Part shown: positions 38,799 to 48,265 of the stretch, in pieces
How positions within the stretch are numbered: the first letter of the stretch is position 1
Layout: every line of letters starts with the position of its first letter
Assembly (NCBI GenBank): GCA_047602425.1
Contig: JASGHG010000001.1
Coordinates: 5,056,001-5,120,000, forward strand
Reading direction: 5' to 3'
From: Nibricoccus sp.
Lineage (GTDB): Bacteria > Verrucomicrobiota > Verrucomicrobiia > Opitutales > Opitutaceae
DNA length: 64,000 nt
The notes under the pieces: model-generated
The model's input: only the letters and a program-made list of their open reading frames with translations
What the model was told of the DNA's origin: nothing
Databases searched by the model: none
Program-made: the position numbers and the translations under genes

Positions 38799-40025
38799 AT
38801 GCGCGATTCCACGCCAAAATCGTCCTTCATTCCGCTCGCCATCGTGTTCTTTCTGCAATGGTGCGCAGCGGGCATGTGGAACGTACCGTTTAGCAACATC
38901 CTGAAAGCCGCCGGCCTCGGCGCCTACATTGCGCCTGCGTTTGCCTGCAATGCCATCGCAGCCTTTATTTCGCCCTTGCTCGTCGGTTCCCTGGCTGACC
39001 GAGGATTTCCTCCTGTCAAGTTGTTGCGGATTCTATTCTGGCTGTCGGGCATCATGCTCGGGTTCACGTTTACGGCGATTGACCGAGGTTGGGGCGGCGG
39101 GACGCTGCTTGTGGGCATGCAATTGCACGCGCTTTGTTTCAGTCCGACATCGAGCCTCGTCACAACCATCGCGATGGCTGAACTGCGGCGACCCTCGGAA
39201 GAATATGGCCCGCTTCGCATGTGGGGTACGCTCGGCTGGATCGCAGCAGGCTGGATTGTAAGCTGGGTGCTCGCGGCCGACGCCTCGCCTCTGTCCGGCT
39301 ACGTCGCGGCGGGAACGGTTTTTCTGCTGGGCTTCGCGACGTACTCGATGCCGGTGCAAAAAGCAGGCGTCGCGGGCGGCGCGCGCAACTGGAAGGAACT
39401 GCTCGGCCTCGACGCGCTCCAGCTTTTGAGGCATCCGGACCATCGTACGATTTTGTTGACGGTGACTTTGTTCGGCATACCGATGGCGGCATTTTATCCT
39501 TACACACCGTTGCACCTCCGTGAAATGGGTTTTGACCATCCCTCGGCCACCATGTCGCTCGGTCAGCCCACCGAAGTCGCCGGACTGCTCCTGCTGGCTG
39601 CCCTCACAAAACGCATTCGCTTGAAATGGGTGCTGCTCGGCGGACTGCTTTTTGGCATAATTCGTTACGGATTGTTCGCGTTGAACACCTCAACCGGGCT
39701 GCTCGTCGGCATCGCCCTGCACGGCGCCTGCTACACCTTCTACAACATCACCGCGCAAATCTATCTTGCCGAACGCGTCGATCCGTTGATGAAGGCCCGC
39801 GCACAGGCACTGTTTGCAATGCTCACGGGCGGCGTGAGCAATCTATGCGGCTACCTTGGAACAGGATTTTTGTTCCAAATAACCAGTTCGTCAGCGGGTC
39901 CGCGCTGGCCGCTCTATTGGTCTCTGCTTTGCGCGGCGGCCATTGCGGTGACCACTTACTTTTTCCTCAATTACCACGGCGTTGGCCATGGATTCTTCCG
40001 ACGCACAGCAGCGTCGAAAGACTGA
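38799..40025 (+). CDS. MFS transporter (nucleoside:H+ symporter family)
   Basis: About 12 TM segments; GSLADR, RMWGTLGWI, SLGQPTEV, ALHG. Confidence 0.88.
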   Translation: MRDSTPKSSFIPLAIVFFLQWCAAGMWNVPFSNILKAAGLGAYIAPAFACNAIAAFISPLLVGSLADRGFPPVKLLRILFWLSGIMLGFTFTAIDRGWGGGTLLVGMQLHALCFSPTSSLVTTIAMAELRRPSEEYGPLRMWGTLGWIAAGWIVSWVLAADASPLSGYVAAGTVFLLGFATYSMPVQKAGVAGGARNWKELLGLDALQLLRHPDHRTILLTVTLFGIPMAAFYPYTPLHLREMGFDHPSATMSLGQPTEVAGLLLLAALTKRIRLKWVLLGGLLFGIIRYGLFALNTSTGLLVGIALHGACYTFYNITAQIYLAERVDPLMKARAQALFAMLTGGVSNLCGYLGTGFLFQITSSSAGPRWPLYWSLLCAAAIAVTTYFFLNYHGVGHGFFRRTAASKD

Positions 40026-40040
40026 AGCCCGTCGCGCCGC

Positions 40041-41796
40041 TCAGCGTTTTTTCGCGAAGTGCGCCTGAATTTCGGCCAGTGAACGCGTGTTGAATATGTT
40101 TTCCTTGCGCAACCAGCCTTTGCGAGCGGCGTTCACCCCAGCCTCGACAAAGCAAAGCCCCCCGGTTTCGTGTGCATCGGGATTGATCGCGCAAAGCAAT
40201 CCCCGCCCGGCGGCGCGCCGCCAAACACGCCAGTCCATGTCCAGGCGCGAGGGGTTGGCGTTGAGCTCAATGATGACGTTGTTGGCCAGCGCGGCGTCGA
40301 TGATCTTGCCGGTATTAACTTGATAGCCCTCGCGGCGCAACAAGAGACGACCTGTCAGATGGCCGAGCATTGTCGTGTGAGGATTCTCGATCGCACGAAT
40401 GATGCGGGCTGTCATCGTTGTCTCATCTTGCGTGAGCGCGTTGTGCACCGAAGCAACCACGTAATCGAGTTGGGCCAGCGTGGCGTCGTCAAAGTCGAGG
40501 CGACCGTCGGCGAGAATATCGCATTCGGTGCCGGTAAAAACGTGCGTTCGAAAGCGGCCGGATTGGTTAAGCGCTCGGATTTCGCCAACCTGCTTTGCCA
40601 GGCGATCCTCACTCAAACCGTTAGCCTGAAAACTGCCTTTCGAGTGATCCGCGATTCCCAAATAATCCCAGCCAAGCGTTTCGGCGGACCGCGACCATTT
40701 CGTTGAGCGTGTTTCGTCCGTCTGACGCGGTCGTGTGGTTGTGGAAGGCCCCGCGCAAATCGCGCAATTCGACCAACGCTTGCAGCGGACCTTTCTCAGC
40801 CTCTTCGATCTCACCCATGCCCTCGCGCAGCTCTGGCGGAATAAACTTCAAGCCGAGGGCGGCAAACAATTCCTCTTCGTTCGCCGCAGGCAGACTCGCC
40901 TGACGGCTCGCCTTGTCCTTCGCGGTTCCCTCCCCTTCCGCCGGCACCAGGCCCCATTCGCTCATGCTGAGTCCCCGGGCCAGCGCACGCTGACGCATCT
41001 GGACGTTGTGGTCCTTCGAACCGGTAAAATGATGCAGCGCAAAAACAAACTGCTCCAAAGGAACAATGCGCAAGTCGGCCTGCAAGCCGCTTTCGTAGCG
41101 CGCGCTCGCCTTGGTTTCACCCTTCGCCGTGACCTCCTGCACGCCAGGCCGGTTGACAAACCACTCGACGATCGGGGCTACCTCCGTCGCCGCGACGATA
41201 AAGTCGAGGTCGCCGACGGTCTCCATCTTGCGGCGCAAGCTGCCGGCATGTTCGGCGCGCTGCACTTGCGGCAACGCGCGCAGCCCGCTGAGAATCGGCG
41301 AGGCCACTTCATGGGCGTCCCACCAAAGATGGCGCTTGCTGTAAGCCTCGCGGTTTTTGATGCCGGCCAGAAGTTTCTCCTGAGTCTTCACGCCGAAGCC
41401 TTCCAACTCGGCCACGCGGCCTTCTTCGCATGCCTTCGTCAACGCGGCGATGCTGTCGATGCCAAGCTTGCTGTTGAGCGCCTTGATTTTTTTTGCGCCG
41501 AGACTGGGAATTTCCAGCATTTCCACCAAGCCGGGCGGCACCGATGCGCAAAGTTCGTCATAAAATTTCAACTTACCGGTTTGGTGAAGTTCGGTGATTT
41601 TTTTCACCAACGCCTCGCCGATACCCTTCATAGACGCCAACCGGTCTTCGGCGATAATTTTGCCGAGGTCTTCCTCAAGACTTTCGAGGGCGCGCGCGCC
41701 AGTCTGATAAGCACGGATCTTGAACGGATTTTCGCCTTTTAGGTCCAGCAGCAGGGCAATCTCGTTCAACACGTCGGCAATTTCGTTTTTGTTCAC
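40041..41796 (-). pseudogene. polX: DNA polymerase X/PHP exonuclease, frameshifted near 40688
   Basis: [40 protein letters not shown] in one frame; ADHS, HLTGRLL..RE, RLD, INPDAH in the next frame; deleting one base at 40688 restores [15 protein letters not shown]. Confidence 0.9.
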
Positions 41797-41891
41797 GAGC
41801 GCAAACATAACGCACGTCGCCAAAACGCGAAACTTTTTTCCTTATCTTCACGGGCAAATTCAGCCAATCTCCCCGCAATCGCTTTCTCCCC

Positions 41892-42299
41892 GTGTCATTT
41901 ATTTACGAACGCACCATCCATTTCGCCGATACCGACGCCGCCGGCGTGGTCTATTTTCCCAACTACCTCTCGATCTGCCACGAAGCCTACGAGGAGGCGA
42001 TTGCCGCCAGTGGAATCAAGGCACGGGCTTTCTTTTCCGAACAAAATCTCATGCTGCCGGTTTCTAAAAGTTCGGCCGATTACCTGCGACCGCTTTATTG
42101 CGGCGACAAGGTGCGCGTGACGCTCAAACCGTCGCTGCTCACCGAAAATTCCTACGCGATCGAATACGAAATGATTCGCGTCAGCAGCACTTTAAAATTA
42201 GCTGCGACCGTTCGCACCGCCCACGTCTGCATCAACACCAGCACCCGCGAACGCACGCCACTCCCCGCAGATCTGCTGGCTTGGATTCAAAGAGGCTGA
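41892..42299 (+). CDS. Hot-dog thioesterase, probable DHNA-CoA hydrolase
   Basis: FADTDAAGVVYF..CHEAYE; adjacent to menE/menC. Confidence 0.8.
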   Translation: MSFIYERTIHFADTDAAGVVYFPNYLSICHEAYEEAIAASGIKARAFFSEQNLMLPVSKSSADYLRPLYCGDKVRVTLKPSLLTENSYAIEYEMIRVSSTLKLAATVRTAHVCINTSTRERTPLPADLLAWIQRG

Positions 42300-43468
42300 C
42301 GGAGCGCCGCTTCGCTGAGCATCTGACGATTTAGTTTTCCCTGGGCATTGCGCGGCCAGGGTGCAACGACCACGAATCGCTTGGGACGCTTGTAGGGAGC
42401 CAGCGTTTCCAGCGCCTTTTCAATTTTTGCCCGATCCAAATTGCGCGCACGCTGAGGAAAACACGCCACCACTGCACTGCCCCATTCACGATCCGGCATG
42501 CCGACAACCGCCACATCGTCAAACTCGCCGCTCGCCCGCAGCGCGTCTTCGACTTCGGACGGATGCACTTTTTTTCCGCCTGTGATGATCACCGCATCGC
42601 GACGTCCCAAAATTATCAGTCGACCCCGATCATCAAACCGCCCCAAGTCTTCCGTCACCAGCATCTGCTCCGAATTCGCGCCAGGCCAGTACCCGTGAAA
42701 AACACTTCCACCCCGAATGCGCACCAGTCCTGTTTCCCCTCGCGGTAAAATGGCTCCGCTATTCTCGTCCAGGATCTCCACTTGTGCATGGATCATTGGC
42801 TGACCGCACGAACGGTCGCCGTGCAAAAAATCCTCCGGCGTTTGCGCGGCGATCATTGCCGCCGTCTCGGTCATTCCATAACAAATCGCCACCGGCACGC
42901 GGGCTTCCGCCGCCATGCCAGCCAGCTCCGGCCAAAGCGGACCGCCGCCGATAAAGACCGCACGAAAATCCCGCAAGCGAGCCGCCGCTTCCGCATTGAC
43001 CAGAAGCCGGTGGAGTTGGGTCGGCACGAGCGACAAAAACCACCCGGCATCGTTTTTTGGCAACACAGGCCACTCCCCTGCCTCCAGTTGCCTCCAGGAC
43101 CACGGCACATGCTGTCCGCCGGTCTCCGCACAACGGATACGCGCCATCAGCCCGCTCACGTGGTGGGCAGGTAAAACATCGAGCGCGTTCACCGTCGCAA
43201 CACCGTGGTGCGAACAAAAGCCCCGCACCGCCGCGCCGACCGTGTGTTCATCATGACGGGCAAAACGCATCTCACCGCTCGTGCCCCCCGTGGGAAGGCA
43301 CAGCCAGCCTGCGTCATCGGACAACTGCTGTGCCTTTTTTGAGGTTAGCGTCGCGAGTTTTTCGCGTTCGGAATCGCCAAGCGCGGGATCGCGGACAAAA
43401 AGAAATTCATCGAGCGCGACCGCGCAGCCCGTCGCGAGAACGAGTTTTCTTAACTCAATGCGTTCCAT
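42287..43468 (-). CDS. menE: o-succinylbenzoate-CoA ligase (short form)
   Basis: TGGTSG, LP.HHVSGL, SLVPTQL, YGMTETAA, T.DLG, GR.D..IITGG.KV.P.EVE. Confidence 0.85.
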   Translation of the reverse strand: MERIELRKLVLATGCAVALDEFLFVRDPALGDSEREKLATLTSKKAQQLSDDAGWLCLPTGGTSGEMRFARHDEHTVGAAVRGFCSHHGVATVNALDVLPAHHVSGLMARIRCAETGGQHVPWSWRQLEAGEWPVLPKNDAGWFLSLVPTQLHRLLVNAEAAARLRDFRAVFIGGGPLWPELAGMAAEARVPVAICYGMTETAAMIAAQTPEDFLHGDRSCGQPMIHAQVEILDENSGAILPRGETGLVRIRGGSVFHGYWPGANSEQMLVTEDLGRFDDRGRLIILGRRDAVIITGGKKVHPSEVEDALRASGEFDDVAVVGMPDREWGSAVVACFPQRARNLDRAKIEKALETLAPYKRPKRFVVVAPWPRNAQGKLNRQMLSEAALRQPL

Positions 43469-44469
43469 ACCGCCTCCTCATTGATGCTCAAAACATCCTG
43501 CGCGCGGATGAATGGCGCCTGATATGGCCCATCGAACCGACTGTCCTCAAACAATGGCCACACACCAAAACCGAGCGCGCGCGATTCGCCGCCAAATGAA
43601 AAGGCCAGCCGAAGCGCGGCCTTTGCGCCAACTGCCGTCTCCAGTGCGGAGGAAAAAACCACAGCGGCTTTGGCTTTTTCGAGTCGCTCTATCGTTGCCC
43701 GCGCTTCGCCCAACAAAACCGGTTTGATGACAAATATTCCCGGCCAGCCGCGTTCCACCCAGCGCGAGACGTCGCCCGAGCTGACTAGCGATTCATCGAG
43801 CGCAATTGGCGTTGGATAATCGTGCGCCAGACCCAAAAGCGTGTCGTCCACCCGGGCCGTGTCTTGCGATGTCGTCGCATGGCAGGGTTGCTCGATGAAT
43901 TCCACCGGCCGGTCCGCGCAGCGTTCAAGCCAGCGTTCAGCTTTCCGGCGATCCCACGCACCATTGGCGTCGAGCCTCAATTTGGCTCCGTCGGGTAGTT
44001 TAGCTAAAAGATCGTCGAGCATCGCCAGTTCGTCGGCGAGATCGCCCACGCCGACTTTCCATTTGAAGACACGAAAGCCTGCCTCGGCTTTGGGCTCGAT
44101 TTGCGCCAAGGCAGCACGCCCAGCCGATAATAAGGCCGCGACCGGTAACGCTTTCTTGCCCTCAAGCGATGGTTCGGTCGACTGTTGCAACGCCGCCGAC
44201 AAGGCATATCGCAAGCAAATGCAGCGCTCGGGCAGCGCAGCCGGAGCCGTTTCGCCGATTTCCGCGCCGAGTTCCCGGCAGACCGTCTCAGCTTCATCCA
44301 CGCTTTCGGTGCCAAACCAGGGAATAGGAGCAACCTCGGCCAACGATGCCACGCCCGCGGCGTTTTCCAGCCGCAGTAAAAGCCCTTCGCGCTCCGTCCA
44401 GAGCCCATGCGCGGTTCTGACCGGTTGTCGAAACGGCAATTTGTATCGGCGATAGGCAAAGCGAAACAT
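43450..44469 (-). CDS. menC: o-succinylbenzoate synthase
   Basis: FKWKVG, LRLDANG, FIEQP, IALDES, VIKP, SSALET. Confidence 0.88.
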   Translation of the reverse strand: MFRFAYRRYKLPFRQPVRTAHGLWTEREGLLLRLENAAGVASLAEVAPIPWFGTESVDEAETVCRELGAEIGETAPAALPERCICLRYALSAALQQSTEPSLEGKKALPVAALLSAGRAALAQIEPKAEAGFRVFKWKVGVGDLADELAMLDDLLAKLPDGAKLRLDANGAWDRRKAERWLERCADRPVEFIEQPCHATTSQDTARVDDTLLGLAHDYPTPIALDESLVSSGDVSRWVERGWPGIFVIKPVLLGEARATIERLEKAKAAVVFSSALETAVGAKAALRLAFSFGGESRALGFGVWPLFEDSRFDGPYQAPFIRAQDVLSINEEAVWNALS

Positions 44470-44523
44470 CACCTCACCAGACAACGCGCCGAAGTCTCCT
44501 TGGCAAGAGCCACCGCGAGGGAA

Positions 44524-45195
44524 TCAAAACGGCGCGCGGGTGAGGGCGCCCTTGTAGCTGCCAAGTTCCTCAGCGAGGCGTTTCAATTTCTCCGCGCTCT
44601 TAATGCCAGGAACGCTCTCCACCCCGCTGTTAACGTCGATCAACCGGGCGCCTGTTTCCATCAAAGCGTGCACAATATTATCGGGGGTGAGGCCGCCAGC
44701 GAGGATCCAATTGATCCGCGGATATTCCTTGCTCAGACGCGTGAACGCGGGCCAGTCGCCTACGTGCCCCGTGCCACCGTAGGTCCCGGCGCGATAGGTG
44801 TCGAACAAAATGGTACCGGCAAGCGCGTAAAGCGCCGGCGTCAGGCCTCCGCCGGGCGGCACGCGAGGGGCCAGCCAGAGTTTTTCCGGTGAAACCGCGC
44901 GCGCCCAGGTTTCGATCGTCGCCAAAGGAGTGGTGTGCGGAAAATGAAACTGGAAAAAATCGAAGCCAAGCGGCTTGATCGCCTCCAACTCCTCAGAAGT
45001 TGGTTCGACCATCACGGCAACCTTCGCCTTGAGCGGCAAATGAGCCATCATCGTGCGATACGATTCCACCGAGATGTAGCGCGGCGATTTCGGATAGAAG
45101 ATAAAACCGAGATAATCCGCGCCTATCCCCACCGCCAGCGCGGCATCCGTCTGGGAGGTAAGCCCGCAAACTTTGAAACGGATGCCGTTGATCAT
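44524..45195 (-). CDS. trpF: Phosphoribosylanthranilate isomerase
   Basis: KVCGLT, GFIFYPKSPR, GGTG, LAGGLTPDN, DVNSGVES.PGIK. Confidence 0.93.
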   Translation of the reverse strand: MINGIRFKVCGLTSQTDAALAVGIGADYLGFIFYPKSPRYISVESYRTMMAHLPLKAKVAVMVEPTSEELEAIKPLGFDFFQFHFPHTTPLATIETWARAVSPEKLWLAPRVPPGGGLTPALYALAGTILFDTYRAGTYGGTGHVGDWPAFTRLSKEYPRINWILAGGLTPDNIVHALMETGARLIDVNSGVESVPGIKSAEKLKRLAEELGSYKGALTRAPF

Positions 45196-45199
45196 GCGC

Positions 45200-46294
45200 T
45201 TAGAAGGAATTGACCGAGGCGATGACGTGGTCGACTTGCGCGTCCGTCAACTCGGGGAAGATCGGCAGGCTCACGCAATTGGCCGCGGCTTTTTCCGCGA
45301 CGGGCATCGAACCGGCGGCATAGCCGAGGTCGGCGTAACATTTTTGTCGATGGAGCGGCACTGGATAGATGAGATCGGTGCCGACCTCCAATTTACCCAA
45401 GTGTTCCCGCAGCGCGTCGCGGCGCGGGTGACGAATCGTAAACTGGTGAAACACGCTCTGCCCATAGTCGGGCTGCGTTGGCAGAACGGTCTCCGCCAGT
45501 TTGATGCCCGCAAGATAACGCCGGGCGATGGCCTGACGACGCGCGGTCCACGTCGCGAGATGGGGAAGTTTCACGTTGAGCAGTGCGCCTTGGAAACCGT
45601 CCATGCGGAAGTTGCCGCCCACGATGTCGTGATAGTAGCGGCGATCCGAACCGTGAACGCGGATATGACGCGCCGTGGTGGCAAGGTCTTCGCGACGCGA
45701 CGTAAGCGCACCGCCTTCGCCACAACCGCCGAGATTTTTTGTCGGATAAAAGCTAAACGTACCGACATCGCCAAGCAGACCAACCGGTGTGCCTTTGTAC
45801 TTCGCGCCAATCGCCTGGGCGCAGTCCTCGATGACGAATAGATTGTGCTTTTTGGCGATAGCCATGATTTCGTCCATCCGGGCGGGTTGCCCAAAAAGAT
45901 GCACGACGACGATGCCCTTGGTGCGCGGCGTGATGGCGGCGTCGAGTTTGTCCGGATCGAGGTTGAAAGTCCCCTCTTCGACATCGACGAACTTCGGCGT
46001 CGCCCGCACGTAGCTGATGCCCCACGCCGACGAGATAAAGGTGAACGGCGGCACGATCACTTCGTCGCCCGGGCCGAAACCCGCGATCATGCACGCAACA
46101 TGAAGCGGCGACGTGCCGCTGTTGAATCCGAGCGCACGTGGATAACCGAGCGTGCTGGCAAAATTTTTCTCGAAGTCCTCCACGTCCTTCCCGAGGCAAA
46201 AGCGGTTCGCGTCATACGTCGCGGTCAATGCGTTCAGCGCTTGTTCGCGCAGAGCTTTGTGTTGCAGGGAAAGGTCGAGAAACGGGACTTTCAT
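45200..46294 (-). CDS. DegT/DnrJ/EryC1/StrS aminotransferase
   Basis: VHLFGQ, IEDCAQAIG, SFYPTKNLG..GEGG, SLPIFPEL. Confidence 0.93.
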   Translation of the reverse strand: MKVPFLDLSLQHKALREQALNALTATYDANRFCLGKDVEDFEKNFASTLGYPRALGFNSGTSPLHVACMIAGFGPGDEVIVPPFTFISSAWGISYVRATPKFVDVEEGTFNLDPDKLDAAITPRTKGIVVVHLFGQPARMDEIMAIAKKHNLFVIEDCAQAIGAKYKGTPVGLLGDVGTFSFYPTKNLGGCGEGGALTSRREDLATTARHIRVHGSDRRYYHDIVGGNFRMDGFQGALLNVKLPHLATWTARRQAIARRYLAGIKLAETVLPTQPDYGQSVFHQFTIRHPRRDALREHLGKLEVGTDLIYPVPLHRQKCYADLGYAAGSMPVAEKAAANCVSLPIFPELTDAQVDHVIASVNSF

Positions 46295-46381
46295 GGAATC
46301 GCGTACTACTCCGCCAAATTTTCGCGCCAAGGGAAAGGTTCATTTTTATTCCCTTGCGGACATGCCATCGCAACACGGCAC

Positions 46382-46414
46382 AAAAAAAGCCCCCGGCTGA
46401 ACTGGGCCGGGGGC
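46382..46414 (-). terminator. Intrinsic terminator
   Basis: gcccccggc/gccgggggc stem followed by a U-tract on the minus strand, just after the 46435 stop. Confidence 0.85.
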
Positions 46415-46434
46415 GAAACACTCACCTAATTCTA

Positions 46435-46740
46435 TCAGGAAAGATGTTCGGAGCAGGACATCTCAAGTTCGGCGATCACATAGGACCGAAGCCACGGCGG
46501 AGCGTCAGCCGGGTCCGGCGCAAATGCGTCGTCTTCGTAGAGAAAACTTACGAATTGCTGCGCTGCATCCTCAGGAGACAAGTCCTCGGGGATGTAGACT
46601 GCGGCATGGGAAGCTTGCTCAAGTTCTTTCAACAACGACCACACAGCGGTAACAGCAGGGGCCTGTACCGTCGTGTGTCTGGATTGGATCAGCGCGCTCT
46701 GAACGTGATCGATGAATCGCTCAGCTTTCGTTTTCATCAT
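46435..46740 (-). CDS. Hypothetical acidic protein (101 aa)
   Basis: AAGGAG Shine-Dalgarno upstream and its own terminator downstream. Confidence 0.7.
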   Translation of the reverse strand: MMKTKAERFIDHVQSALIQSRHTTVQAPAVTAVWSLLKELEQASHAAVYIPEDLSPEDAAQQFVSFLYEDDAFAPDPADAPPWLRSYVIAELEMSCSEHLS

Positions 46741-46926
46741 GTCTCCTTCGCGTGACGTTTTTTGGGGGTTGCCTTTTTCGCTGACGGGGCTGGCTGGAGA
46801 TACCCACTAACTGACGGGGATGAAACCCTATTACCTGGCCCGTTTTGGGCAAGCCTGCAGGCGTCTTTCGCGAAAGATTTTTCGTGCCGATCGTTGGCGC
46901 ACACCAGGCGTGGCGCGAATGTCGCG

Positions 46927-48162
46927 TCAACGCATTAATCCGTGCACCAGCCGGTCGTCGCCGTCGTTGCGCGCGGGTTGCAAACGAGCTGCAGCACAAA
47001 GCAAATTGTAGATATGAATATTCTCGGCAGCAGCGATCACGCGGCCATCCTTTTGAAACGCCGGTCCATGAACAATCAAGATTCCGTGCATGTCACGCTG
47101 CGCAGGATCATAGCCGTGCTCCCCTTTCATGTACTTGTCCTTCTTTGAGTTAAACCAACTCGTACTCACGACATGCCAGCCGGGGTCCGGTAAAATCCAA
47201 ACCGGCGGATAGCGGGGATTGTCATCCACATGGAGGTGCGCCGGCAGATTTTCTTTGCGAAACACGTGGGCCTGCGGCGGCAATTTCGAAAGCTTTTGCA
47301 GGAGCCCTTCGACGTCGCCGGCGAGCGGACGCAAGCCCATCACCGGTCCGTCGAAATCGATCTGCACCGTGGTTAAATCCAGATAATCGTCCAACTTGAT
47401 GGCTCGCTCCCGCCCGGTGCCCGTCATGCCGTGGTCCGAAACGACGACAAGATTAAGCGCGATGTTTTCATTCTTCGCACGCTCCAGCAGTTCGCCGATC
47501 CGCCCATCAATGAGTTTGATGGCTGCCGCCAGCTCGGGCGAATCCGGCCCGGCGTTGTGACCAACCGTATTGGTTTCCTCAAAATAAAACGTGATCACCG
47601 CGGGTCGTTCCCGCGCCGGTAATTTCAACCAGCCGAAAAGTTCGTCGAGTCGTGTTTGAAACGGCACTGAATAGTCGAACGGCTTCCAAAAGGTCGGCCT
47701 CATTCCGGCGATTTCGGCCTCGGAGCCGGGCCAGAAGGAGCACGCTGAGGCCCGACCTTGGCGCACCGCCGTGACCCAGACCGGCTCACCGCCCCACCAG
47801 CGACCGTCCCTGGCCGATGCCGGCTGGTTATAGTGAAAAAAGCGGCCGTTTGTTGGATCAAAGAAACGGTTGTTTACGATGCCGTGGTGCGACGGCCTCA
47901 GCCCGGTGACGATTGAATAATGATTCGCAAAGGTATTGCTCGGGAAACCCGGAATCAGCGCCTGCGCACTTGCGCCCTCGCGCCTTAACCGGCGTAGATT
48001 CGGCGTTTCGGCCGGATATTTTTCGCAATAGTCCCAGCGAAACGCATCCAGCGAAATAAGGAGCACCGGAGCCACATGCGCAGGCCGCTCCGGGCGACGT
48101 CCGCAGACGCAACCGGCCACCCACAAAGCGGCAAAAAGAAAAAAACAGTAGCGAAAAAACAC
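46927..48162 (-). CDS. Alkaline phosphatase superfamily nucleotide pyrophosphatase/phosphodiesterase
   Basis: LISLDAFR, FPSNTFANHYSIVTGL, VVSDHGM, GEHGYD; N-terminal hydrophobic segment with Cys. Confidence 0.9.
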   Translation of the reverse strand: MFFRYCFFLFAALWVAGCVCGRRPERPAHVAPVLLISLDAFRWDYCEKYPAETPNLRRLRREGASAQALIPGFPSNTFANHYSIVTGLRPSHHGIVNNRFFDPTNGRFFHYNQPASARDGRWWGGEPVWVTAVRQGRASACSFWPGSEAEIAGMRPTFWKPFDYSVPFQTRLDELFGWLKLPARERPAVITFYFEETNTVGHNAGPDSPELAAAIKLIDGRIGELLERAKNENIALNLVVVSDHGMTGTGRERAIKLDDYLDLTTVQIDFDGPVMGLRPLAGDVEGLLQKLSKLPPQAHVFRKENLPAHLHVDDNPRYPPVWILPDPGWHVVSTSWFNSKKDKYMKGEHGYDPAQRDMHGILIVHGPAFQKDGRVIAAAENIHIYNLLCAAARLQPARNDGDDRLVHGLMR

Positions 48163-48207
48163 GCTCTCAGGCTTCGAATCTTCGGGCCGCGACGCAAAAC
48201 ATTAACG

Positions 48208-48241
48208 AAAAAGCCCCTGTCTCTTTTTGGTGACAGGGGCT
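48208..48241 (-). terminator. Intrinsic terminator of acs
   Basis: agcccctgtc/gacaggggct stem plus U-tract on the minus strand. Confidence 0.85.
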
Positions 48242-48265
48242 CGCAAGAATCTTGGATTGCCGCGC

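Noticed and set aside
40675..40700. Programmed frameshift in polX
   Set aside because: No slippery heptamer or homopolymer at the site
46741..46920. Riboswitch upstream of the 101-aa gene
   Set aside because: No recognisable aptamer consensus
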